A DNA stretch of 64,000 nucleotides from Myxococcota bacterium. Lineage in GTDB: Bacteria; Myxococcota_A; UBA9160; UBA6930. The stretch is from assembly GCA_965223705.1 (NCBI GenBank), contig OZ245015.1, positions 4,352,001-4,416,000 of the forward strand. Reading direction: 5' to 3'. Under the pieces are notes generated by a model. It saw only the letters and a program-made list of their open reading frames with translations. It was not told the origin of the DNA and searched no databases. The position numbers and the translations under genes were made by a program. Shown piece by piece: positions 10,033 through 20,163 of this stretch; position 1 is the first letter of the stretch; each line of letters begins with the position of its first letter.

Positions 10033-11240
10033 ACCCTCCGGCGCCGCTGCCGCTAGCGGGCGTGCGGATCCTGGCTCTCTCGTCTTTCGGGGCCGGCCCG
10101 TGGGCCACGATGCTTCTGGCCGATCTCGGGGCCGATGTCATCAAAATCGAAGACCGAAAGCGCGGCGGCGATACGTCGCGCAGCGTGCCACCGCTTTGGG
10201 AAGACCAGGACGGCGACTCGCTGTACTTCCAGGCGATGAACCGCAACAAGCGATCGCTCTCCCTCGATATTCGAACCGAACGCGGACGCGAGATCTTCGA
10301 GAAGCTCGTCGCGGTTTCCGACGCCGTCTACAACAACTTGCGCGGCGACCAGCCGGAAAAACTCCGGCTTCGCTACGCGGATCTCGCATCGATCAATCCG
10401 AAAATCGTGTGTGCTAGCTGCTCGGGTTACGGAACCGAGACATCGCGCGCGGCGGAGCCCGGCTACGACTTCGTCGTTCAATCCGTGACGGGCTACATGT
10501 CGCTCACGGGTGAGCCCGACGGTCCGCCCGCGCGCGCGGGTGTTTCGGTGATCGATTTCGGCGGGGGCACGCTCTCCATCGTCGGCCTCCTTGCGGGGCT
10601 GGTTCGTGCGCGGGAGACCGGTCGCGGCGGCGACGTCGAAACGTCGCTCTACGAGGGCGCGCTGTCGATGCTCAACTACTTGGCGGCCTGGAACCTCAAC
10701 CTGGGTATCAATCCAAACCGCTTGTCGCGTTCCGCCCACCAGAGCATCGTGCCCGTCCAGACCTTCCCGACCGCGGACGGCTGGATCTTCGTGATGTGCA
10801 TGAAGGACAAGTTTTTCGACGCGCTGTGCGACAAACTCGGTCTCCCTGAGCTGCCCACAGATCCGAAGTTCGAAACCCTCGCGCAACGCTTCGAGCATCA
10901 GCAAGAGCTCTTGCCCCAGCTCGAAGCCGTCCTCAAAACACGATCGACCGATCAGTGGCTCGCGACGTTGCGGCCCGAAGTGCCGTGCGCGCCCGTCAAT
11001 GATCTAGCTTCGGCGCTCCGCGATCCGCTGATCGAAGAACTCGATGCGATCTGGGAAGTCGAGCACCCCGAACGCGGGACGCTGCGCGAGATCGCCTGCC
11101 CGGTTCGACTGGCTGACACGGAGCCGCTTCCCCGGCGCGCAGCGCCGGGGCTCGGCGAACATTCCGAAGAGATCCTACGCGGTCTGGTCGGTCTTTCGGC
11201 TGACGAGATTCGCGCGCTACGCGACGACGACGTCGTCTAA
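10029..11240 (+). CDS. Family III CoA-transferase (CaiB/BaiF)
   Basis: PLAGVRIL, LADLGADVIKIE, NRNKRSLSLD, GYDFVVQ, APGLGEH; GTGA overlap with acyl-CoA dehydrogenase. Confidence 0.95.
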   Translation: MNPPAPLPLAGVRILALSSFGAGPWATMLLADLGADVIKIEDRKRGGDTSRSVPPLWEDQDGDSLYFQAMNRNKRSLSLDIRTERGREIFEKLVAVSDAVYNNLRGDQPEKLRLRYADLASINPKIVCASCSGYGTETSRAAEPGYDFVVQSVTGYMSLTGEPDGPPARAGVSVIDFGGGTLSIVGLLAGLVRARETGRGGDVETSLYEGALSMLNYLAAWNLNLGINPNRLSRSAHQSIVPVQTFPTADGWIFVMCMKDKFFDALCDKLGLPELPTDPKFETLAQRFEHQQELLPQLEAVLKTRSTDQWLATLRPEVPCAPVNDLASALRDPLIEELDAIWEVEHPERGTLREIACPVRLADTEPLPRRAAPGLGEHSEEILRGLVGLSADEIRALRDDDVV

Positions 11241-12604
11241 CCGCCGCCGGCACGCGACAGCGTGTCGTCGAGCGCTTGGCCGACGCGCGACACGATTTCG
11301 TCGATCTCGAAATCCTGAACGATCAGGGGCGGCGCGATGACGAGGCTTCGCCCCGCCGGCCGGGTGACCACCCCTTTGGCCAACAGCGACTCGTACGCGA
11401 GTTCCATGAGGGCGTCCGCATCGTCGTTGATGATCTCATCGTTTGCGTCCCGTCGTAGGAAATCGACACACGCGCCGAGCCCGACATTGCGCACGTCACC
11501 CACCAGCGGGTGATCCGAAAACTGCCCGAGGCCTTCTCCCAACCTCTCTCCCATGCGTCGCGCGTGTTCGACGAGATTGTCGCGCTCGATGATCTCGATC
11601 ACCTTGAGGGCCGCGGCGGCGCCGACGGGATGGGCGGCGAACGTCGCCGCGTGCGCCAACGTGCCCACTTTTTCGGACCCGGAATCCAGCGCCGCGTAGA
11701 GATCTTCGCCGAGCACGAACGCCGAAAGCGGGAAATACCCGGACGTTACGCCTTTGGCGATCGTCATGTGATCGGGGTTCAGGCCCAATGTCTCGGTGCC
11801 GAAGAGGTTCCCAGTTCGCCCGAAGCCCGTGACGACCTCGTCGATCAGAAGGTCGGCACCGTGCTCCTTGAGGACGCCCTGAAGCGCGGGAAAGTATTCG
11901 CGCGGCGGTACTTTGAATCCCGACGAAAAGCTGATCGGCTCGGCGATCATCGCCGCGATGCTTCCCTCGGGTTCCCGCTCGATCAGCTCCCGCAACTCCG
12001 CCGCGCGACGGGTTGCGAAGTCCGCGCCGGTTTCGCCGGGCGCGCGCTCGCCGTGATAGTCAGCTTGGCCGACGTGACGAAAGCCTTCGAGGGGGAGACC
12101 GAATTCTTCGTGGTGCCCCCCGGTGACACTCGCGGAAGCCAGGGTGCCGCCGTGGTAGCTGCCGTGGCGACCGATGATGGTCTTTCGTCCGGGCTCGCCT
12201 CGCGCTACCGCGCCGAACCGCATGAGCTTGATGGCGTAGTCGATGGCCTCGGAGCCGGAGACCGCGAACACGACGTGCGCGTTGTGCACCGGAACGATCT
12301 CCACCAATTTTTCGGCCAACTCGAGCGACGTCCTACTCGTCCGGTTCATTCCACACACGAAGAACGGCAGTTCCCGGTACTGGGCCGCGATGGCGTCGAT
12401 CAATTCTTCGTTCTGGTAACCGAGTGCTGAGACATAGAACGACGAGGTCGCTTCGATGTATTCCCGCCCCTCCGTATCGTATACATAGATGCCTTTCCCG
12501 CTCTCGATCACGCGGGTGATCGCGCTCGTATTCTCCGAAACGCGTTGGAAGCCGATCAGCAGCGGAAGGCGCTCGTCATCCAACATCGGTTGAGGTGTGG
12601 CCAC
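11237..12604 (-). CDS. Class III (omega) aminotransferase
   Basis: GKGIYVYD..GREYIE, SGSEA, SYHG, DEVVTGFGRTG, AKGVTSGY (PLP Lys). Confidence 0.95.
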   Translation of the reverse strand: MATPQPMLDDERLPLLIGFQRVSENTSAITRVIESGKGIYVYDTEGREYIEATSSFYVSALGYQNEELIDAIAAQYRELPFFVCGMNRTSRTSLELAEKLVEIVPVHNAHVVFAVSGSEAIDYAIKLMRFGAVARGEPGRKTIIGRHGSYHGGTLASASVTGGHHEEFGLPLEGFRHVGQADYHGERAPGETGADFATRRAAELRELIEREPEGSIAAMIAEPISFSSGFKVPPREYFPALQGVLKEHGADLLIDEVVTGFGRTGNLFGTETLGLNPDHMTIAKGVTSGYFPLSAFVLGEDLYAALDSGSEKVGTLAHAATFAAHPVGAAAALKVIEIIERDNLVEHARRMGERLGEGLGQFSDHPLVGDVRNVGLGACVDFLRRDANDEIINDDADALMELAYESLLAKGVVTRPAGRSLVIAPPLIVQDFEIDEIVSRVGQALDDTLSRAGGG

Positions 12605-12614
12605 GGAGTCTCCT

Positions 12615-14417
12615 TCAGCGCGCGCTCTCGAGCGACGCGCGCCTTCGTTTCGTTGCAGACTGATCGACCGAAAGCGTCTCGTCTGCGATAGAGCCCGAGA
12701 ACTCGACCCCGTAGACCTCGTTCGCTTGATCGATCGAAACGTAGCTTTCGATCACGTCTTCGAGCACGGCGGCGGGATCGCGCTCGAGCGGATCCCCGTA
12801 GCCACCACCCGCGACTTCGAGTCCCGACAACCACTGGTGCTTTCGCAGTTCGATCTGTCCGACGCTCGGCGCCTCCGAGCGATTGCCGTGTTCGTCGACA
12901 ACAAACATCCGACCCACGTTGCCGTCGCCACCGCCTCGGACACCGCGCGGCGGATTGACTTGGCCGTCGGCGGCGAATACGACCGTCATCGGGTGGTGAC
13001 TCGGTCCGTACGTGAGCTGCACGCCCGGCGCACCGCGGTGCGTGCCGGGGCCGCACGCGTCTTGCGTCAGGCGGATTTCTCTAAAGTGGATCGGATAACT
13101 CAGCTCGTTGATTTCGACGCTGTCGCGGTACATCAAGCCGGCGACCACTGGAATACCGTACGTGATCCAGCCATCCGAGTCCGGTGAACCCGGTCCGCCG
13201 TTGTTCCCGATGATGAGTTGGTTCACGTACGGATGATCGTCGTGACGCGCGTCCTTTCCCGAGATCACGCTGAAGCCTGCCCCCATGCCGATCCCGCCCT
13301 CGGCGAGGCCGTGGCCGGGGCCGAGATCGGCGAGTGCCGCTTGCACGTTGTTCAGCAAGCGCTCCGAAATGTTCGTGGTCGCGACCGAGCAGCTGTGCGG
13401 AAACTCAGGGATTCCGATCGCTGCACCTTCGCGCAACTTCATTCGAATGCACCGATAGGAACCGCCGTTGCGCGGGATATCGGATGGCAGACAGTTGTAG
13501 ACCCCCGCCACCGAGTTGCTGATCGAGCACGCGTGGGACAGATTGAGCCCGTTCTCCATGTTGTCGATGTTCGAAGTCAGATCGATCTCGATCACGCCCT
13601 CTTTCGGGTCGACCACGAGCCTGACGCGAACGGGGATGCCATCGGGAAGTAGCGGCGGCATCGGGTCGTGAAAGCTCTCGCGCGAAATCTCGGCTCCCGG
13701 AAGGTCGGCAATCGCCTGGCGCATACGCACTTCACTGTAGTCGAACCACTCTTTGATGAACTGCTTGATCGTCGCCTTCCCGTACTTGCGAAAGATGTCG
13801 TGGATCCGCTTTTCACCGGTTCGTGCGGACCCGAGCATCGACAGAAAATCACCGTGCCAATAGTCGGGCACGCGGATCCGCCGCTGACACATCCGGATGA
13901 TGTCATCGATCATCTCGTAGTCGCGCTGTACGCGGACCGCCGGGAAGATCAACGCCCCTTCTTCATAGACGTCTTTCGCCGCGGCGTGATAGGTCGTCGG
14001 AAGACTGTTACCGATGTCCGCTTGGTGAGCCTTTGCGCAAACGTTGAACAGATGTTCGCCTTCCCAGAACACAGGAACGATGATCGTGTGGTCCGCGGGA
14101 TGGGAGTTCCCCGCGTAGGGGTCGTTGTGTAGATAGGCGTCGCCCGGAGCGATGTCGTCGTGAAACTCACACATGGCGGCGCTCTGAAGGTTCAAGCCGT
14201 AGGTGTGCGCCGGCAAGCCCTCGGCCGTGGCAAAGAGCTCGTTGTCTCCCGTTGTGATTCCACAGGAAAAATCGCGCGCGCTGTTGATCACCGCGGAACG
14301 GCCGGTGCGGAGCATGGTGTTCGTCATTTCGCGCACGACACCGTCGAAACGGTTCGCCAACACGGCGAGCAACATCGGAGAGAGCGCCTCGGTACCTACC
14401 TTGAGATCACCGTCCAT
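12615..14417 (-). CDS. Hydantoinase B/oxoprolinase family subunit
   Basis: RTGRS..I..ARDFSCG, NDPYAGNSHPAD, KAHQADIG, EEG, GGGYGDPLERD. Confidence 0.93.
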   Translation of the reverse strand: MDGDLKVGTEALSPMLLAVLANRFDGVVREMTNTMLRTGRSAVINSARDFSCGITTGDNELFATAEGLPAHTYGLNLQSAAMCEFHDDIAPGDAYLHNDPYAGNSHPADHTIIVPVFWEGEHLFNVCAKAHQADIGNSLPTTYHAAAKDVYEEGALIFPAVRVQRDYEMIDDIIRMCQRRIRVPDYWHGDFLSMLGSARTGEKRIHDIFRKYGKATIKQFIKEWFDYSEVRMRQAIADLPGAEISRESFHDPMPPLLPDGIPVRVRLVVDPKEGVIEIDLTSNIDNMENGLNLSHACSISNSVAGVYNCLPSDIPRNGGSYRCIRMKLREGAAIGIPEFPHSCSVATTNISERLLNNVQAALADLGPGHGLAEGGIGMGAGFSVISGKDARHDDHPYVNQLIIGNNGGPGSPDSDGWITYGIPVVAGLMYRDSVEINELSYPIHFREIRLTQDACGPGTHRGAPGVQLTYGPSHHPMTVVFAADGQVNPPRGVRGGGDGNVGRMFVVDEHGNRSEAPSVGQIELRKHQWLSGLEVAGGGYGDPLERDPAAVLEDVIESYVSIDQANEVYGVEFSGSIADETLSVDQSATKRRRASLESAR

Positions 14418-14432
14418 GTCGGTCCTCCGCGA

Positions 14433-16526
14433 CTACCCCTGGTCCCACGAAATCACGTAGCTTCCGGCGGCGCTCAGTTGCGCCCGGGCACCGGGAGGTA
14501 AAACAATCGTCGTCGTCGCTTCCTCGACGATCGCCGGCCCGTCGATGACATCGCCGAGTTTGACGGAATCGCCTCTCAGGATTGCTGTAGGCCGGGTTTC
14601 ATCCAGATCGAACATCGCGTCACGCACGCCTAGAGACCCTCCGACGACTTCTTGACCGTCCGCTCGGTGACTCGACTGCGGCAGATGAACCGCGAGGCGT
14701 CCCGTCCAGTTCAGGAACTCGATCGGAGAGTTGCGATCCTCGACACTGAAGATGCGGCGGTGGTTCGCATGAAACGCCTCGATCAGCTCGTCGACTTGTC
14801 GATCGGAGTCGAGCCGGTTTCCCCGGAGCGTCACGGGGATATCCCACACCTGCGCCGCGTAGTGTGCATCGACGCGATACTCGATCGAGTGATCGGTAAA
14901 ACCGCGCGAGGAGAGCTGCTTCGCGAAACCCGTAAGCTCTTCCTCAATCGCCTGCAGCCCCGCGTTGACCGCGTCGCGATCGAAGTGGTCCGATCGCGTC
15001 GGCACCGTGGTCGTCGCTTCGGTCTGAATGTCGGAGAATTGCATGCCACAGGCGGACAACACACTCGCCGTCCGCGGAATAATGACGTTGCGACACTTGA
15101 GCTCTCGCGCGATGGGCATGATCCCGAGGCCTGCAGCACCCCCGCCGGCGACGACGACCGTTTCGGCTGGATCGATCCCTTCGCTGACGGTGATGTCTTT
15201 GATCGCGTTGATCATCGTTTCGTTCGACACGGCGAAGACGGAGTAGGCCGCAGCGGAGACGCTGATTCCGAGCGGTTCGGCGATCGTCGCGAGCGCTGCT
15301 TTCGCCGCCGCTAAATCGAGTTTCATACGACCACCGAGAAAGTAGTCGGGATCGATATAGCCGAGCACCAACGCCGCGTCGGTGACCGTCGGATCTTTAC
15401 CGCCCATGCCGTAGCAAGCCGGGCCGGGGTTCGCGCCCGCGCTCTCGGGCCCCACCTTGAGGAGCCCAGCAGAGTCGAGCCAGGCGATCGAGCCGCCGCC
15501 AGCACCGACGCTGCGAGCGTCTACGGCCGGAATGCCCAACATGTGGCCGGTGAAACGCTCGCCCAACCAGGTTTCCTGGGTGATTGTGATGTTGCCGTCT
15601 CGCACCAGGCTGACATCAAACGTGGTGCCGCCCGTGTCGACGACGAGCACCGATTCGGCCTTGCCCTCGAGCTCCGCATAGCGCCGACCCGCCACCGGAC
15701 CCATGGCCGGCCCGGAGCGAACCGTATGGATGGGTTTTGCGACGACGCTTTCGACGTCGAGACAACCGCCGATGGTCGTGCTGACCAGGATTTCGCCCGC
15801 GTAGCCTTCCGCGCGCAGATCTTCTCGCAAATCGTTCAAGTGCGACTGCATGAGCGGCTTGATCGAAGCATCGATGGCGACGGACGACGCGCGCCGGTAT
15901 TCGCGCAAGATCGGATTGAGCTGATGGCTCAAGGTGAACGCCACACCCGGGAGCTCCGACGCGATCAGTTCGCCGAGGCGGATCTCGTGCGCGGGATTGG
16001 CCGTCGCCCAGAGGAGCGAGACCGCGCACGCTTCAAAGCCTCGCTCCCGGATCTCCGCCAACACGCCTCGCGCCTGCCGTTCGTCGAGCGGGGTGTAGAC
16101 GTCGCCTTGTGCGTCCATTCGTTCGTCGATTTCGAACGTGTAGCGACGCGGGACATAGGGCTTCGGGAACGGCTTCGAGAAATCGTGCGGGTCGAACTTG
16201 CCGCCCTCGCGGAGGACCAGCACATCGGGAAATCCAGCCGTCGTGAGAAAGGCCGTCTTGGCGACGTTCCCGGTGACGATCGCGTTGGTTGCGCGTGTCG
16301 TTCCGTAGACGAAGAGCTCGGCGTTGGCCAGCACATCGGCGAGTGACAAGCCGAGCTCCCCTGCCGCGGTTTCAAGGGCGGCCTTCAGCCCATTGAAGAT
16401 GCGATCGCGGGTGGTTAGGGCCTTCCCGATGGTGAAGCGACCGCTCGCGTCGGCGATCACCACGTCGGTGAACGTGCCGCCCGTGTCGACGCTGATCCGC
16501 CAGCCAACGGATGATTGTTGATCCAT
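14433..16526 (-). CDS. Hydantoinase/oxoprolinase A (ATP-binding) subunit
   Basis: VDTGGTFTD, GTTRATNA, SGPA, DTGGTTFDVS, GAGGGSIAW, GPESAGANPGPACYG. Confidence 0.95.
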   Translation of the reverse strand: MDQQSSVGWRISVDTGGTFTDVVIADASGRFTIGKALTTRDRIFNGLKAALETAAGELGLSLADVLANAELFVYGTTRATNAIVTGNVAKTAFLTTAGFPDVLVLREGGKFDPHDFSKPFPKPYVPRRYTFEIDERMDAQGDVYTPLDERQARGVLAEIRERGFEACAVSLLWATANPAHEIRLGELIASELPGVAFTLSHQLNPILREYRRASSVAIDASIKPLMQSHLNDLREDLRAEGYAGEILVSTTIGGCLDVESVVAKPIHTVRSGPAMGPVAGRRYAELEGKAESVLVVDTGGTTFDVSLVRDGNITITQETWLGERFTGHMLGIPAVDARSVGAGGGSIAWLDSAGLLKVGPESAGANPGPACYGMGGKDPTVTDAALVLGYIDPDYFLGGRMKLDLAAAKAALATIAEPLGISVSAAAYSVFAVSNETMINAIKDITVSEGIDPAETVVVAGGGAAGLGIMPIARELKCRNVIIPRTASVLSACGMQFSDIQTEATTTVPTRSDHFDRDAVNAGLQAIEEELTGFAKQLSSRGFTDHSIEYRVDAHYAAQVWDIPVTLRGNRLDSDRQVDELIEAFHANHRRIFSVEDRNSPIEFLNWTGRLAVHLPQSSHRADGQEVVGGSLGVRDAMFDLDETRPTAILRGDSVKLGDVIDGPAIVEEATTTIVLPPGARAQLSAAGSYVISWDQG

Positions 16527-16572
16527 GGGCTACCTCGAGGGCCCATTACAGCACAATTTTCTGGGCCCTGAT

Positions 16573-17631
16573 CTAAGCGCCGACCTCGGGATAGTGCGTC
16601 GCCATATTCTCGGGGTAGCTGCGGGCGAAGTAGTTCCAGAGTTGCTCGCCGTAGACCGCGGGCCGATGGCGCGATTGCATGTCCCCGACGCCGGCCTCGT
16701 TTTCCTCTTTTCGCGCCATGAAGCCCGCTCCGGCGTGTCGCGGACTCGCCGCCACCGCTCGGGCGAACTCTTCCGAGAGCGGCAGCGGCGAAAGCGGCGT
16801 GTCGAGAGACGGCCCGTGGAAGTAGCCGGCCGAATAGCGCGTTTCCGTCGTAATCACCCGATGGGGCGTCGCGACGAAGTAATTGCCCGTCATTCCCTGC
16901 AGCATTTCACCGAGGTTGATCACCAGCCCGTCGGGGACGGTCTGAACGGGTACCCAGCTCCCGTCGCTCGACTCGATCTGAAGCCCCGGAGTCGGACCGG
17001 GCGCGAGGATGGTGAGAAAACCCGTGTCGTGGTGCGCGTTGACGCCGGCTCCGCCGGCGGGAGTCGCCGGGTAGCGAATGAGTTTCGTAAGCGACATCGA
17101 CTCGCCTTCGAAAAGATCGTTCAAATAGCCTTCGTCGAGGCCCAGCCCGAGCGAAAAGATCGCCATGAGTTCTCGCGCCAGCGCGTCGCATCGGGAGAAC
17201 CAGGCCTCGACGTGCGCCTGAAAGCCCGGAAGCACGTCATCCGGCAGCCACTGATTCGGGCCGAGCAAACGGAGATACGAAGGCGTCACATCGGGCGGGC
17301 GCGCGGGATTCTCTGTCCAGAGGTCGACCTGCTCTCGGATATCGGGGCGCCCGTTCGTGTATTCGGCCCCGAGGTCTTCCCAGCCCCGAAAGTGTCGCGA
17401 GTACCGCTTGTCGATCCGCGCCTTTTGCTCTCGGGGAAGCGCGAACAAGCGCTTCATCAGATCGAAGGTCTCCGCGAGAAACTCCCGGGAAATGCCGTGA
17501 TTCGTGACGATGAGAAAGCCCACGTGGTGGCAGATCTCGCGGACTTCGTCCGCGAGATTCGCCCGGTCGGCGGGAACTCCCCGCCAGCGGCTGAGATCCA
17601 CCACCGGAACCTTTGCTGCGTCCTCTGCCAT
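16573..17631 (-). CDS. 2-oxoglutarate/Fe(II) dioxygenase (isopenicillin N synthase family)
   Basis: VPVVDL, GFLIVTNHGI, HHDTG (HxD), HRV, RYS; start set at MAEDAAK. Confidence 0.92.
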   Translation of the reverse strand: MAEDAAKVPVVDLSRWRGVPADRANLADEVREICHHVGFLIVTNHGISREFLAETFDLMKRLFALPREQKARIDKRYSRHFRGWEDLGAEYTNGRPDIREQVDLWTENPARPPDVTPSYLRLLGPNQWLPDDVLPGFQAHVEAWFSRCDALARELMAIFSLGLGLDEGYLNDLFEGESMSLTKLIRYPATPAGGAGVNAHHDTGFLTILAPGPTPGLQIESSDGSWVPVQTVPDGLVINLGEMLQGMTGNYFVATPHRVITTETRYSAGYFHGPSLDTPLSPLPLSEEFARAVAASPRHAGAGFMARKEENEAGVGDMQSRHRPAVYGEQLWNYFARSYPENMATHYPEVGA

Positions 17632-17680
17632 GCGTCTTAGTCTAGTCGAAGAAGGATCGCCGGGCGGCCCCGTGCTCCCG

Positions 17681-18835
17681 TTAGCGCTGCCGTTGTGCTT
17701 CCTCCGCACCGCGCAGCGATATCCGTACCCGCTCGGGGTTGATATCGACGATGGACAGGTCATTGGGCTTCTTCACATCGTCCACGGACACCGAGAAGGT
17801 CCTTCGACCGAGTCTCGCGAGGTAGGCGTCGATCTCGACGGAGACGCCGTCCTGTTCCGTGAGCAGAAAATCGCGCCGCTGCCCCCGCAGCTTCACTTCG
17901 AGCGTGCCGGGCTGCACCGACTCGAGGACGAGATCGTCGGGGAGATTGTTGATGCGAACCGAGGCGGTGACCGTCGCTTCGTGAAGATCTGAGCCGAACA
18001 CAAAGAGAACCCACAACGCGACCGATCCGGCGATCGCGAACAGCGCGTCTCTCCGGCCGTACCACCAGGGCGCGGCCTCGTCGGACTCATCGTCGTCGGC
18101 CCCGCGAAGCTCCAGTGCGAGATCTTCGGGGCGGGACAACACGCGCAGCTGACCACCGCGTGCCACCGATACCGTCCCGCGTTCCTCAGAAACCGCGATG
18201 CAGATCGCGTCGCAACGTTCGGAGAGCCCCAGAGCGGCTGCGTGTCGTGTGCCGCCCGCGCCGAGCTCTGCGTGATTCCCGGAAAGCGGCAGGTGGATTG
18301 CGAAGCGCTCGACGACGTCTCCGCGAATCAGCACCGCGCCGTCGTGCCCCGGCGAGCTCGCATCGAAGATCGACAGCAGCAAGGGCTCGCTGAGCCGGCC
18401 CGCAAGACGCACCCCGCCTTCGAGGTAGCGGTCGAGCGTCTCCTCCCCGGGAAGAACGATCAGGGCTCCCGTACGCGTGGACGCAAGGCGCGCGACCGTC
18501 CTCACGAGTGAATCGTGAGCCTCGTCGTCGACGGGCGCCTGAGTCTGCCCGGGGCGGAACCTGCCGAGTTGTTCAAACACCCGCCGCAAGTCGTCTTGAA
18601 AGACCACGACGAGTATCAAGACGAGCACCGCGAAAAACGCCCGGAGAATCGAAGCCGTGACTTCGAGCTCCAACCTCGTCGCGAAGAAGTAGATCGCTCC
18701 GAGGACCGCGAGCCCGACGACAGCCGCCCGGGCGTGCGTCGCCCGCATGTAGCGGATCAGTAGCCAGCCGAGCGCCGCAACGATCGCGATGTCGAGGACG
18801 TCGAGCCAACCAGGTATGGGGAACCAAACAGGCAT
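17681..18835 (-). CDS. Membrane diadenylate cyclase (CdaA/DacA, DisA_N) fused to a C-terminal YbbR-like domain
   Basis: LDVLDIAIVA, three TMs ending VVVFQDDLRR, TGALIV, HDGAV, GTRHAAALG, VSEERGTVS, then TM plus V.V.LRG beta domain; start set at MPVWF. Confidence 0.88.
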   Translation of the reverse strand: MPVWFPIPGWLDVLDIAIVAALGWLLIRYMRATHARAAVVGLAVLGAIYFFATRLELEVTASILRAFFAVLVLILVVVFQDDLRRVFEQLGRFRPGQTQAPVDDEAHDSLVRTVARLASTRTGALIVLPGEETLDRYLEGGVRLAGRLSEPLLLSIFDASSPGHDGAVLIRGDVVERFAIHLPLSGNHAELGAGGTRHAAALGLSERCDAICIAVSEERGTVSVARGGQLRVLSRPEDLALELRGADDDESDEAAPWWYGRRDALFAIAGSVALWVLFVFGSDLHEATVTASVRINNLPDDLVLESVQPGTLEVKLRGQRRDFLLTEQDGVSVEIDAYLARLGRRTFSVSVDDVKKPNDLSIVDINPERVRISLRGAEEAQRQR

Positions 18836-18858
18836 AGAATCAATCGCCGGATTCGGTG

Positions 18859-20163
18859 CTAGATCTTCGACATCAGCAGAGTCGCTATACCGAGGAAACT
18901 GAAGAAGCCCACCACGTCGGTCACGGTCGTCAAGATGATAGACGAAGATTGGGCCGGGTCCTGGCGCAGTGCAGTGAGAACCATCGGGATCACCGCACCG
19001 GACAAGCCCGCCAACGTCATCGACAACACCATCGAGAGCCCGATGACGAGACCGAGGCCCCATGATTGGCTCCAGAAATAGACGGCTACCGAGGTGGTCA
19101 ACGCGACGGCCACCCCGTTTCCCGCGCCGGCGAGCATTTCCTTCGCGGAGACTTTGAGCCAGTGCCGTGTGCGGACCTCCCGCAAGGCCAATCCCCGCAT
19201 CGTCACGGCAAGCGCCTGTGCACCCGTATTTCCAGATTGGCCGGCCACGACGGGAAGGAGGACTGCAAGCGCTGTCACAGTCGCGATGGTCTCTTCGAAG
19301 AGACCGACCACCGTCGCGGCGAGAAAGGCGGTGAGTAAGTTGACTTGCAGCCAAGGCAAGCGTTTCCGAATCGCGAACAGCGGCGAAGAGAGGGCACGCT
19401 CTTGGTCGCTGGCGCCGACCATGGTGATCGCACTGGCCAGTGCCCGCTCTTGGGCTGCCTGTACGAGCTCTTGTTGGCGCAGCACCCCCATGAGACGACC
19501 GTCGATGTCGACGACCGGAAGGCTGCCGACGCGCTGCGCTTCGAAGGTTTGAACGATCTCATCGCGGGAAGCTACGACGGGCACGCTGACCGGCGTGCCT
19601 CTCACCAGACTGTCGAGCCTCACGCCATCCTCGGCCAGTACGATCGATTCCAGGGGAACGGATCCCTGAAGCACACCGTCGGCGTTGACAACGAAGACAT
19701 CTTGATCGCGACGGCTTCGAAAAGTCTTCAACCGTTTCACCACATCCTGTGTGGAGGCATCCGGTCGGAAGCTCGTCGCCCGCGGATCCATCAGGGAGCC
19801 GGCGGTTTCGGGCGGGTACTCGAGTAGCGCACGCAGCTCCTCGGCCAGATCGTGATCGAGGACCTCGAGGCAGCGTTCCAGCTCATCGGGGTTGAGTCGC
19901 GCGAGCATCGCGGCCGCTCGGTTCTGGCTCAACGCCGAAAGAACCTCGCGCCGACCGGTTTCCGAGAGGCTTGCGACAATCCGGGAGGCGCGGTCCGGAG
20001 TCAGTCGCCCGATCACAGGCAGCATGACCGCCGCGCCGAGGGTCTCGAGAAAGGCGGCAGATTCGGCATCGTCGCCCGTTTCGATCAGCCGGGCCGTGGC
20101 GTCCGGCTCGGCGATCGCGAGGAGCGAGGCCAACGCGCGATCCGCGTTCTCCGAATCAGGCAC
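18859..20163 (-). CDS. mgtE: Magnesium transporter MgtE
   Basis: YPPETAGSLM, CBS pair, KRLPWL, LPVVAGQSGNTGAQ, DPAQSSSIILTTVTDVVG; GTG start overlaps upstream stop. Confidence 0.93.
   Translation of the reverse strand: MPDSENADRALASLLAIAEPDATARLIETGDDAESAAFLETLGAAVMLPVIGRLTPDRASRIVASLSETGRREVLSALSQNRAAAMLARLNPDELERCLEVLDHDLAEELRALLEYPPETAGSLMDPRATSFRPDASTQDVVKRLKTFRSRRDQDVFVVNADGVLQGSVPLESIVLAEDGVRLDSLVRGTPVSVPVVASRDEIVQTFEAQRVGSLPVVDIDGRLMGVLRQQELVQAAQERALASAITMVGASDQERALSSPLFAIRKRLPWLQVNLLTAFLAATVVGLFEETIATVTALAVLLPVVAGQSGNTGAQALAVTMRGLALREVRTRHWLKVSAKEMLAGAGNGVAVALTTSVAVYFWSQSWGLGLVIGLSMVLSMTLAGLSGAVIPMVLTALRQDPAQSSSIILTTVTDVVGFFSFLGIATLLMSKI

Noticed and set aside
18836..19354. N-terminal extension of the diadenylate cyclase (also the ORF-track extensions of mgtE, rimB-like, mlaA, lapA-like, the kinase and the first CoA-transferase)
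   Set aside because: Extensions overlap neighbouring genes or lack family motifs; downstream starts fit domain boundaries and coupling
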